From an uncultured Thermoanaerobaculia bacterium (GTDB taxonomy: Bacteria; Acidobacteriota; UBA4820; DSQY01): a stretch of 64,000 bases of DNA. Made by a program: the position numbers and the translations under genes. The stretch covers positions 9,221 to 73,220 of the forward strand of contig CAZPSH010000007.1 in NCBI GenBank assembly GCA_964589625.1, in the 5' to 3' direction. The notes below the pieces were generated by a model. That model saw only the letters and a list, made by a program, of their open reading frames with translations, did no database searches and had not been told where the DNA came from. Shown here in pieces: positions 9,586-17,924 of the stretch (positions within the stretch are counted from its first letter, which is position 1; every line of letters begins with the position of its first letter).

Positions 9586-10695
9586 ATGAGCGACAAAATC
9601 ACCCTCGGCGGAAGCCTCTCCGACATCAGCCTCCCGATCCTCCTGATGTCCCTGTATCGGGAGCGGGAAACGGGGATCCTGACCCTCGGGGACGGAACCT
9701 GGGACAAGTCCCTTTACCTCAGCGAAGGGTCCGTTGTCTACGCCTCTTCCACGGATCCCGACGACGGACTTTTGGAGGCCCTTTTCCGGAGAGGCCTCCT
9801 CAGCCTGCCCCATTTTCTCAACGCGAGGGAGGCGGCGGGCGGCGGCAGGAGCGTCTACCGCGTGCTGGTGGATCTGGGGGCCCTCGGACCCGAGGAGGTG
9901 GTCGAAGGCGTGACTCAGAACCTCTACGACATCGCCTTCTCGCTCTTCGAGCTCCGGGCCGGAACGTACAGCTTGGGACTGGCGCCTTTCTCCACGCTGG
10001 AAATGGTCACCCTTTCCTTGGAAATCCCCCTCCTCGTCTACAAGGGCATGCAGAGGATCGGAGCGTGGAGCCAGATTTATCGCGCGGTGGGCGACCCGTC
10101 CACGAGGCTCTCCCGGGTCCGGGACCTCCCGTCCTTCGTTGCCGATTTGGACATGGCCTCCGAGGACGAGCATATTCTCGCCCTGACCAAGTCCGGTATG
10201 AGCGTTTCCTCCATCGTGGACGCCAGCTACCTCCCGGCCTTCCAGACCTACCGGCAACTGTGGATCTTTCTCACGCTGGGCCTATTGGAGCGGGTGCCTG
10301 CGAAGGGCTCCCGCGGGCCCATGGCGGAGGACCTCGAACCTCTCCTGGACCGGTACAACGACCTGTATTCCTACGTGTATTCTCAGATCGAACCCACCGA
10401 GCGGTCCGAGGATGCCCTCCAGGAGATCTTTCTCGGCCTCCTGTCCTCCCATCCCCGTCTGGCTGACGGGCAGACGGACCTGGTCCGGTTTGGAAAGCTC
10501 GACGTGGATCTGGTCCTCTGGAACCTTCGCGCCTTCCCGGAGGAGGAAAAGTACGGCCGTCTCCAGGCGTTTCTGGAGGAGGCCCTGTACGCCTTCGTTC
10601 TCGCGTCACAGCAGCGCCTCTCCCCCGACGGCCACCAGAGGGTCCTCGCTTATATACGGCGGAACGCGTGTTCCGCCTCCGGAGACGCCCCTTGA
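9586..10695 (+). CDS. DUF4388 domain protein
   Basis: The N-terminal GSLSDISLPILLMSLYRERETGILTL block is the DUF4388 signature as I recall it. Lies 7 bp downstream of the GGDEF gene. Confidence 0.6.
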   Translation: MSDKITLGGSLSDISLPILLMSLYRERETGILTLGDGTWDKSLYLSEGSVVYASSTDPDDGLLEALFRRGLLSLPHFLNAREAAGGGRSVYRVLVDLGALGPEEVVEGVTQNLYDIAFSLFELRAGTYSLGLAPFSTLEMVTLSLEIPLLVYKGMQRIGAWSQIYRAVGDPSTRLSRVRDLPSFVADLDMASEDEHILALTKSGMSVSSIVDASYLPAFQTYRQLWIFLTLGLLERVPAKGSRGPMAEDLEPLLDRYNDLYSYVYSQIEPTERSEDALQEIFLGLLSSHPRLADGQTDLVRFGKLDVDLVLWNLRAFPEEEKYGRLQAFLEEALYAFVLASQQRLSPDGHQRVLAYIRRNACSASGDAP

Positions 10696-11288
10696 GTAGA
10701 GCCCGGTTTCGTGCGGTTCCCTGGAGGCAGGTTTTGTGGATCGGCGCCGGCTCGGTAGCTCTGGCCTTCCTCGTGGCGGCCGCGTCCTGGCTGTTTACGC
10801 CCCGCCCCTCCTCCGACCCGCCTGGGCCTTCCAAACCGGTCCCGGAGTCCATCGTGGAGAGGAAATCCTTCGTCCAGGAATCCGCCGGAGCGGATCTGGA
10901 GGATCGGGTCGTTCCCTCCGAAGGACCCTCCGATCCCGTGAAGCCCCTTCCCTTTAACCCCGAGCGCCGTCCGGCAGGCGCCGTATCGGCGCCTTCCCCT
11001 GTTCTCGGACCCCCTCCATCCAGTTCACCCCTGGAGGATCGCCGGGCCGAGAAGCCCGGGGAGGCGGTCGGCGTTGCGGTCCAGCTCGGGGCTTTCGGGA
11101 CTCCGGCCAACGCACGGGAACTTGCCGGGCGCCTAAAGGCGATGGGTTACGGAGCCCGAGTGGTCTCCAAGGACGGGCGCCACAAGGTACTGATCCCCGG
11201 ATTCCCTGACAGGGCCTCCGCCGAAAAGGCGCTCCAGGACCTGAAGCGGGCCGGGTTTTCGGGCGCGTTCGTCGTGTCCCCGGAGTGA
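10668..11288 (+). CDS. SPOR-domain (peptidoglycan-binding) membrane protein
   Basis: N-terminal TM, a Pro/Ser-rich linker and a C-terminal SPOR fold (VAVQLGAFGTPANARELAGRLKAMGYGARVV...ASAEKALQDLKRAGFSGAFVV). The start codon is uncertain: GTG at 10668 or TTG at 10692. Confidence 0.6.
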   Translation: MFRLRRRPLSRARFRAVPWRQVLWIGAGSVALAFLVAAASWLFTPRPSSDPPGPSKPVPESIVERKSFVQESAGADLEDRVVPSEGPSDPVKPLPFNPERRPAGAVSAPSPVLGPPPSSSPLEDRRAEKPGEAVGVAVQLGAFGTPANARELAGRLKAMGYGARVVSKDGRHKVLIPGFPDRASAEKALQDLKRAGFSGAFVVSPE

Positions 11289-11566
11289 CCATGGCCAAGG
11301 CTCCCAAGCGCCTAGGTTTCGAAAACCGATTGAAGGAACTCGAGGACTTGGTGTCCCGCCTCGAAGACGGAAGTCTGCCCCTGGAGGAGAGCCTCGCCCT
11401 GTTCGAACGCGGGATCCGCCTCAGCCGGGAATTGGAGGCGGAGTTGCAATCCGCGAGCCTTCGCGTGACCCGCCTCCTCGAGGGGGATTTGCCGAAAGAG
11501 TCCCCCCTGGATGCGGATGCCGTTTGCGCGGAGACCCCCGCACGGAATGGCCGAGAGGAGCCATGA
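11285..11566 (+). CDS. xseB: exodeoxyribonuclease VII small subunit
   Basis: FENRLKELEDLVSRLEDGSLPLEESLALFERGIRLSRELEAEL matches the XseB pattern. Overlaps its neighbours by 4 bp. Confidence 0.75.
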   Translation: MTMAKAPKRLGFENRLKELEDLVSRLEDGSLPLEESLALFERGIRLSRELEAELQSASLRVTRLLEGDLPKESPLDADAVCAETPARNGREEP

Positions 11567-12456
11567 ATCCAGGCACACTTTTCCGCTGGGTTCCCCTCGT
11601 GGACGAGGCGTTGGACCGGGTCCTCCCGCCCGCCGGAACGGAACCGCGGGAGCTCCACGAGGCCATGCGCTACAGCGTATTCGCCGGAGGCAAGCGCCTG
11701 CGTCCCATCCTCGCCCTTTGCGCGTACTCGGCAGCGGCGGGCGTCGAGCCGGAAGTCGTCCTGCCCGCCGCGGCGGGACTGGAATTGCTCCACACCTACA
11801 GTTTGATTCACGACGACCTCCCCTCCATGGACAACGACGATCTGCGCCGGGGAAAGCCCACTTGTCACAAGGCTTTCGGCGAGGCCACGGCCATTCTGGC
11901 CGGCGATGCGCTCCAGACGCTCGGGGCCTACCTCCTCTGCGCGGAGCCCAAGGGCGCCCGGTGGACAGCCAGGAGGAATCGGGTGAGCCGGACCGTCCTG
12001 GGGTCCCTCGGATCGCTGGGTATGGCTGGCGGACAGGTCCTTGACCTCCGCTTTACGGGCGCCGGTGCGGAGGCGGACGCCGAGACCCTGCAGACCATCC
12101 ACAGGCTGAAGACGGGGGCCTTCCTGGAGGCCTGTCTCATGGCCGGGGCGTTGTGGGCGGGGGCCTCCGCCTTTGTGCGGCGGGCCCTTCTTCGGTACGG
12201 CCGGGCGGTCGGCCTGGCGTTCCAGATCGTGGACGACATCCTGGACGCAACGGAAAGCACCGAAAGCCTGGGCAAGACGGCCGGGAAGGACGCCGCCCAA
12301 GGGAAGGCCACGTTTCCGGCCCTCTGGGGACTGGAAGCGTCCCGGAGGGCCGCCCAGGACCTGCTTTCAGAGGCCCTGCGGTCGGTCGCGGACCTCGGCC
12401 CGGCGAGCCAAGACCTGCGGGAAATCGCTCATTTCGTAGTGAACCGGAGCCGATGA
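11563..12456 (+). CDS. ispA: polyprenyl (farnesyl/geranylgeranyl) diphosphate synthase
   Basis: Both aspartate-rich motifs are present: LIHDDLPSMDNDDLRRG and FQIVDDILD. This is the classical xseB-ispA arrangement. Confidence 0.85.
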   Translation: MNPGTLFRWVPLVDEALDRVLPPAGTEPRELHEAMRYSVFAGGKRLRPILALCAYSAAAGVEPEVVLPAAAGLELLHTYSLIHDDLPSMDNDDLRRGKPTCHKAFGEATAILAGDALQTLGAYLLCAEPKGARWTARRNRVSRTVLGSLGSLGMAGGQVLDLRFTGAGAEADAETLQTIHRLKTGAFLEACLMAGALWAGASAFVRRALLRYGRAVGLAFQIVDDILDATESTESLGKTAGKDAAQGKATFPALWGLEASRRAAQDLLSEALRSVADLGPASQDLREIAHFVVNRSR

Positions 12457-13196
12457 CCGTCCGCGCCGACCTCCTCCTGGTCCGCCTGGGGCTGGCACCG
12501 ACTCGCGAGAAGGCCCAGGCCATGCTCATGGCCGGCACCGTCTATCTTGGAGGCCGAAGGGTCGAGAAGCCGGGGCAGAAGCTGCCCGAGGATTCGAACC
12601 TGGAAATCCGCGGCAGGACCTGTCCCTACGTGAGCCGTGGCGGCCTGAAGATGGAGGGGGCCCTGGACGGCCTCGCCCTGGACGTTCAGGGTCTGGTGTG
12701 CGCCGATCTCGGAGCCTCCACAGGAGGTTTCACCGACTGCCTCCTGCAGAGGGGGGCCGTTCGGGTCTACGCGGTGGATGTGGGACGGGGGCAGCTGCAC
12801 GAATCCCTGCGACGCGACCCGAGAGTCCGCACCTTCGAGGGGGTCAACGCCCGGAACCTCCCCCGGGACTTTTTCCCCGAAGCCGTGGACCTCGTGGTGG
12901 TGGATGCGTCTTTCATATCCCTCAAACTCCTGCTTCCCTCGATCCTCGCCAGCGCGCCCTCCGCTCGAATCCTGGCCCTCGTAAAGCCTCAGTTCGAGGC
13001 GGGTCGCCGCGAGGTGGGGAAGGGCGGCGTGGTCCGGGACCCCGCCATCCGGGCCCGCGCCGTCGCGGGCGTGGTGGAACATGCGGCCGGCCTGGGCTAT
13101 ACTCTGCTCGCCACCGTGGAGTCGACCGTGAAGGGCCCAAAAGGGAACGTCGAGACCTTTGTCCTGCTGCTCCCTCCAAGGGAGGAGCGGCCTTGA
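12453..13196 (+). CDS. tlyA: TlyA-family rRNA 2'-O-methyltransferase (hemolysin A homolog)
   Basis: S4-like N-terminus (ADLLLVRLGLAPTREKAQAMLMAGTVYLGG) followed by an FtsJ-type methyltransferase with CADLGASTGGFTDCLL. Confidence 0.8.
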   Translation: MTVRADLLLVRLGLAPTREKAQAMLMAGTVYLGGRRVEKPGQKLPEDSNLEIRGRTCPYVSRGGLKMEGALDGLALDVQGLVCADLGASTGGFTDCLLQRGAVRVYAVDVGRGQLHESLRRDPRVRTFEGVNARNLPRDFFPEAVDLVVVDASFISLKLLLPSILASAPSARILALVKPQFEAGRREVGKGGVVRDPAIRARAVAGVVEHAAGLGYTLLATVESTVKGPKGNVETFVLLLPPREERP

Positions 13197-14122
13197 CCAG
13201 GCGACGGATCCGCAAGGTCGCCGTGGCCGCCAAGCCCCAACCCGCGGGCCGCCTTCCCCTTCTTGACCGGCTCCTGGCTCACCTCGCTCGGCTTGGCGCC
13301 GAAGTGGTCCTCGACGAGGAGGCCTCCAAACTCGCACGAAATCCCCATCTCCGGGTCCTTTCCCGCGCCGAAATCCCGGGGGAGGCCGACCTGGTGGTTG
13401 TCCTGGGGGGAGACGGAACGCTCCTGTCGGTGGCCAGGCATTCCGGACGCCACGGCACCCCCATCCTCGGTGTAAACCTGGGCAATTTGGGATTCCTCAC
13501 CGAGGTGAGCGCCTCCGACATGATTGCGGCCGTGGATTCCTGCTTTTCAGGCGAGGCGCGCGTGGAGCGCAGGATGATGCTCCGCGCCGACCTTCGGCGG
13601 GGAGGGAGGACCCGCGCCACCTTCTCTTGTCTGAACGACGTGGTCGTGGCCAAGACCGCGCTGGCCCGCATGATCGACATCCGAGTGGACGTGGGGGGAG
13701 GCCTGCTTACGACCATGCGCTGCGATGGTATCATCGTGGCCACGCCGACCGGTTCGACCGCCTACAACCTCTCCGCGGGGGGACCCATCGTCACCCCAGG
13801 GATGGATGGAATCCTCATCACGCCCCTTTGCCCTCATACTCTGACCATGCGCCCGCTCGTCGTGGGCGCCACATCGAGGGTTGACGTGGAACTGATCGGA
13901 GAGTCGGGCCCGGTTTTTCTCACGGCGGACGGCCAGGAGGGTCACCCGGTGGAGGGGGGCGACCGGATCGTCGTGCGCCGGGCTCCGCATTCGGTGCGCC
14001 TCGTTACAGACCGGGGGCGCTCCTACTTCTCCCTCCTGAGGGAAAAACTGGGCTGGGGAACACAGCCCACCGGTTCCGACCCGGATTCTCCAGGCGTTGC
14101 CCGAAACCGAACCCGGGGGTAA
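13193..14122 (+). CDS. nadK: NAD+ kinase
   Basis: GGDGTLL, NLGNLGFL and TPTGSTAYNLSAGGPIV motifs. The probable TTG start at 13193 overlaps the tlyA stop. The long ORF-track extension from 12698 is antisense or otherwise noncoding GC-rich sequence. Confidence 0.85.
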   Translation: MTRRRIRKVAVAAKPQPAGRLPLLDRLLAHLARLGAEVVLDEEASKLARNPHLRVLSRAEIPGEADLVVVLGGDGTLLSVARHSGRHGTPILGVNLGNLGFLTEVSASDMIAAVDSCFSGEARVERRMMLRADLRRGGRTRATFSCLNDVVVAKTALARMIDIRVDVGGGLLTTMRCDGIIVATPTGSTAYNLSAGGPIVTPGMDGILITPLCPHTLTMRPLVVGATSRVDVELIGESGPVFLTADGQEGHPVEGGDRIVVRRAPHSVRLVTDRGRSYFSLLREKLGWGTQPTGSDPDSPGVARNRTRG

Positions 14123-14151
14123 ACTCGAATCGTCTGCTAGGAGGTTTCGCG

Positions 14152-15246
14152 ATGAAAGGCTTCTGCACCGTTCTGTCCACCTTGGCCCTCGTCGTGGGAG
14201 TGATCGCCGGAACCGCCGCGATCGCCCAGGAAGCAACACCGACCAAGATTTCCGAGCCCCTGCCGCCCCAGAAAGAGAGCCCCGCTCCGGAGAAAACTCC
14301 TCCGGCCCCCCTTGCGGATCCCCCCGAGGCCGTGGTGACCGAAATGACCTTCGACGCCGGCACGGTGAGCCGGGGATCGGTCATCAAGCACGACTTCATC
14401 ATCGAGAACCGTGGCCGCGGGCCTTTGGAGATTACCCGGGTCCACGCCGCGTGCGGATGCACCGTCACCGAATACGACCGGAAAATCGAGCCCGGGAAAA
14501 CGGGCAAGATCACGGCCAGCGTCAGCACGGCCGCCTTCTCGGGACCCATCCACAAGACCATCAACGTCGTCACCTCGGACCCCAAGCTCTCGAACTTCCA
14601 GCTCGGAGTGAAGGCCGTAGTGAAATCCATCCTCCACGTCCAGCCGTCTGAAAACCAGCAGCTAGGCCTCGTGTACAAGGGGCAGTCCCAGGAACGAACC
14701 TTCACCATCTCCTCCGAGGATGGAACGCCCTTCGAGGTAACGTCCGTCCAGGCCGACGACGCCGCCCTCCAATGGGACATCAAAATGGCGGAGGACAAGA
14801 AGTCCGCGACCTTCAAGGTGGTTCTTCCCGCAGATCATGCCGTGGGACCCATCAACGGGCGCTTCGTCCTGGCCACCTCCCACCCAAAGGTAGACAAGCT
14901 GAACCTGAATCTCTTCGGCACGATCCGCGATCCCCTGACCGTGTATCCCCCCCAGGTGGTCTACTCGGGCCTGAACCGCAATTACGTGAACGAGCACCCG
15001 GAGGACATCAATCTGAACAAGACCGTCACGGTGGCCTTCGAGATGGGACCGGAGCTGCAGATCCACAACGTCACGTCGAGCCTGAAGAACCTGACGTCCG
15101 AGGTTCAGACCATCACGCCCAATCAGCGTTACAGTGTCAAGCTGAAGCTCGTTCCGCCCCTGGAAATCGGCAACATCGACGCCGCCCTCACGATCGAAAC
15201 CAGTAAGGGGCCCATCACGGTCCCCGTTCGGGGCAAAATCTTCTAA
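14152..15246 (+). CDS. secreted DUF1573-domain protein
   Basis: Signal peptide, a Pro-rich linker, then HAACGCTVTEY, which is the xSCGCT motif typical of DUF1573. Confidence 0.6.
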   Translation: MKGFCTVLSTLALVVGVIAGTAAIAQEATPTKISEPLPPQKESPAPEKTPPAPLADPPEAVVTEMTFDAGTVSRGSVIKHDFIIENRGRGPLEITRVHAACGCTVTEYDRKIEPGKTGKITASVSTAAFSGPIHKTINVVTSDPKLSNFQLGVKAVVKSILHVQPSENQQLGLVYKGQSQERTFTISSEDGTPFEVTSVQADDAALQWDIKMAEDKKSATFKVVLPADHAVGPINGRFVLATSHPKVDKLNLNLFGTIRDPLTVYPPQVVYSGLNRNYVNEHPEDINLNKTVTVAFEMGPELQIHNVTSSLKNLTSEVQTITPNQRYSVKLKLVPPLEIGNIDAALTIETSKGPITVPVRGKIF

Positions 15247-15268
15247 GAGGCCATTCGACCCAACACCG

Positions 15269-15304
15269 AAGAGCCGGGGGCGCAAAGCCCCCGGCTCTTT
15301 TATA
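15269..15304. terminator. bidirectional intrinsic terminator hairpin
   Basis: AGAGCCGGGGGCGCAAAGCCCCCGGCTCTTTTATATT is a perfect 11-bp GC stem with a T-run. It sits between the convergent DUF1573 gene (+) and efp (-). Confidence 0.55.
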
Positions 15305-15323
15305 TTGGCACGCCTCCGTGGGC

Positions 15324-15887
15324 TCAGCCCACCTTTTCTCGATAGCTGCCGTCCCGGGTATCGACCACGATGCGGTCCCCGGGATTGAGGTGGAAGGGCA
15401 CGCTCACAACAGCCCCCGTGTTGCACCGGGCCGGCTTGCCCCCGGAAACCGTATCGCCCTTGAATCCGGGGTCCGTTTCCTCGATGGTGAGGGTCACGAA
15501 ATTGGGAAGGTCCACGCCCAAGGGCTCGCCGTCGTGCAGGAGGACGCTGATCTCCAGGTTCTCGGTGAGGTACTTGACGGCATCCCCGAGAACGTCCTCC
15601 GGGATGACGATCTGCTCGAAGGTCGTCTGGTCCATGAAATGGTACTCGGTGCCCTCTTTGTACAGGAACTGCATTCGGCTTTCTTGCGTCTCGGCGGTTT
15701 CGACCTTGTCCCCGGCCTTGACGGTCTTTTCGAGGACCTGCCCGGTTCTTAGGTTTCGCACCTTGGCGCGCGTGAAGGCCGATCCTTTTCCCGGCTTCAC
15801 GTGGTCCGCGTCCACTACCTCGTAAGCGTCGCCGTCGATGAGCAGCTTGACGCCCTTGCGAATCTGGTTGCTGGTGATCACACCCAT
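15324..15887 (-). CDS. efp: elongation factor P
   Basis: Full-length EF-P: MGVITSNQIRKGVKLLIDGDAYEVVDADHVKPGKGSAFTRAKVRNLRTGQ. Confidence 0.9.
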   Translation of the reverse strand: MGVITSNQIRKGVKLLIDGDAYEVVDADHVKPGKGSAFTRAKVRNLRTGQVLEKTVKAGDKVETAETQESRMQFLYKEGTEYHFMDQTTFEQIVIPEDVLGDAVKYLTENLEISVLLHDGEPLGVDLPNFVTLTIEETDPGFKGDTVSGGKPARCNTGAVVSVPFHLNPGDRIVVDTRDGSYREKVG

Positions 15888-15905
15888 GGGGCTCCCTCCG
15901 AACCC

Positions 15906-16259
15906 TTATTTTAGGACGTCTTGGAACTCGTGCGCAAGTCGCTGGACGGCGAACCGGGCCATGCCCGTGGCCGTGGCAGGATCGGTGACCACGAGGATGA
16001 AGAGGCCCTCTGCCAGGGAACACAGCAGGATATTTTCCGCATCGGTCCGAATTATGACCTCCCGGAGGGGACCCAGCGCGATTTCTCCGCGAAGACGCCT
16101 CAGGGTCTTCAAAACCCCGTTCATCTCCGCGCTCAGCACCTCGTGGGGCAGATCCTCGAGGACGAAGCGGTCTACCTCGATGCCGTCGTCTCCCACCACG
16201 GCCACCGCCCGAAAACCCGGGAGCCCGTCGCGTAGCTTCTTGAACAGGGGGCTAAACAT
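15906..16259 (-). CDS. Roadblock/LC7-domain protein (MglB-like fold)
   Basis: 117 aa protein containing GFRAVAVVGDDGIEV...EMNGVLKTLRR...ILVVTDP, the Roadblock/LC7 pattern. Confidence 0.65.
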   Translation of the reverse strand: MFSPLFKKLRDGLPGFRAVAVVGDDGIEVDRFVLEDLPHEVLSAEMNGVLKTLRRLRGEIALGPLREVIIRTDAENILLCSLAEGLFILVVTDPATATGMARFAVQRLAHEFQDVLK

Positions 16260-17385
16260 GGGAGGCCTCCCTCACCCGGGTGAGCCAGTTCTGCAATGTG
16301 GCGATTCGCTTTTGTCGGACGGCCTTGCGCACGTCCTCCTCATGGACGACCGGGGCCTCGGGAGCCTCCCCCGCCATCCGCCGTTTGAGTCCCCGGATGC
16401 GCTCCCGGACCTCGGCGTTGTCGGGCTCCTTGAGCAGGACCCGTTGGTAGACCTCCACGGCCTTCTCCGGGTATCCCTGGCTCTCATACAATTGGGCAAG
16501 GGTGACGGTGTTGAAGGCCGGACCAGGGACGGCCGGGGCGGCTTCGGACGAAACACCGAGCCCATCCGGACTGTCCGGAAGCATGGGGGCCTCTTGGGTG
16601 TCGTCCCCATCCTGAAGGGTCTCCACGCGGTCCGTATCCTCGTCGGGCGGAACTTCAAGAACGGGCTCGTGCTCCCTCGACTCCTGCTCCGGAGTTACGT
16701 CGACCCAGGATTCCTCATCCTGAGGGGGCTGAGCCTCCTCCGCGGGAGGAGGGGCTTCGGCAGGAAGAACCTCAAGGAGGTCGCTGTCCTGCCCCCCTTC
16801 GGCCCCCCAATCCTCTGACCTCGATACGTCTCCGAAAACCTGGGCCCCATCCGCCGCCGGGGTAGGTGCTTCCTCCGTCTCAGGCCCCGTCTCGACTTTC
16901 GAATCCGGGGTGACGGAGGGAGGCAGCGCCAGGGAACCCTCCTCGGCTGGAGGGACCCATTCCACGGGCGGCTCCTCCGGGGCCGGCGCCTCCGCGGCCA
17001 GCTCCTGAATGCGCTCCGCCACGTTGGCTCTTCCGGGATCGAAGAGGTCCACGATCTGGTAGTGACGCAGAGCGCGGGCTTTGTCTCCCAGAGAGAAGTA
17101 AAGATCCGCCGCGAGGTGGTTGGCGGGAATGTTGTCGGGGAGGGCTAGAAGCACCCTCTCCACTTGAACCCTCGCCTCGTCGAAGCGGCCCTTTGCCAGG
17201 AAGATCTGGGCCAGCAGATTCCGGGCCTGCCACTGGTTCGGGTTTAACTGAAGGCCCTTCTCGCAAAGGGCCACGGCCTCTTCGATCCGGCCAAGCCGCT
17301 GGTACTCCCGCGCCAACTCGTAGAACCGGCGCATCTTTGGATCGCGCTGGACTTCGGATTCGAGTTCGGCGGGCCCGCTGGCCAT
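16252..17385 (-). CDS. TPR-repeat protein with acidic Pro/Glu-rich central linker
   Basis: Internal ATG at 17385 (MASGPAELE...). There are about three N-terminal TPR units, a long low-complexity E/P-rich region, and a C-terminal TPR (LAQLYESQGYPEKAVEVYQRVLLKEPDNAE). No signal peptide was seen. Confidence 0.65.
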   Translation of the reverse strand: MASGPAELESEVQRDPKMRRFYELAREYQRLGRIEEAVALCEKGLQLNPNQWQARNLLAQIFLAKGRFDEARVQVERVLLALPDNIPANHLAADLYFSLGDKARALRHYQIVDLFDPGRANVAERIQELAAEAPAPEEPPVEWVPPAEEGSLALPPSVTPDSKVETGPETEEAPTPAADGAQVFGDVSRSEDWGAEGGQDSDLLEVLPAEAPPPAEEAQPPQDEESWVDVTPEQESREHEPVLEVPPDEDTDRVETLQDGDDTQEAPMLPDSPDGLGVSSEAAPAVPGPAFNTVTLAQLYESQGYPEKAVEVYQRVLLKEPDNAEVRERIRGLKRRMAGEAPEAPVVHEEDVRKAVRQKRIATLQNWLTRVREASHV

Positions 17386-17918
17386 CAGAAGTTCCCGATG
17401 GTTAGGATGTGGCCGGTTTGAAGCACCTTCTGCACGCCGTCCTTGTTCCGGCGGGTGTAAAACGTCACCCGGACCTTCACCCGGGCCGTGTCGGATGTGC
17501 CCACAAAGCCCTGCGCGTACTCCTGCAGAAAGGAGTCGGTGATCATCGTGACCGGGACCCGGTTGACCGTGTTGGGGCTGATGCGCGTCTTGGGCCGGCT
17601 GGTCTCGTCTTCGGGAAGCCTCTGCAAGTGGCCTCCCGGATCGCTCACGAGAACATAGTGCGTTTCCACCCGGTCCACGGTCCACGCGTCTGAGCCGACC
17701 AGTGAGAGATTTGGATCACTGATCCGGATCTGAAACAGGAAATAGGCCAGATGCGTAAGAGGCGGATTCACGCCAGCGCTCGTGCTGGGTGGATCCGCCC
17801 CTTTCAGCACCAGGTCCAATTCAGGTTCCAGGTTCTTGTCCGACCCGCACCCCATCAGGACTAGGGTGGCAAGGGTCAAGGATGCGAATGCGAGGAGAGG
17901 GAACCTTTTTTTTTTCAT
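17385..17918 (-). CDS. small lipoprotein of unknown function
   Basis: MKKKRFPLLAFASLTLATLVLMGCGS is a lipobox (LMGC). The ATG lies 6 bp after the pilQ stop, and the stop overlaps the TPR gene start. Confidence 0.6.
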   Translation of the reverse strand: MKKKRFPLLAFASLTLATLVLMGCGSDKNLEPELDLVLKGADPPSTSAGVNPPLTHLAYFLFQIRISDPNLSLVGSDAWTVDRVETHYVLVSDPGGHLQRLPEDETSRPKTRISPNTVNRVPVTMITDSFLQEYAQGFVGTSDTARVKVRVTFYTRRNKDGVQKVLQTGHILTIGNF

Positions 17919-17924
17919 GCGCTC

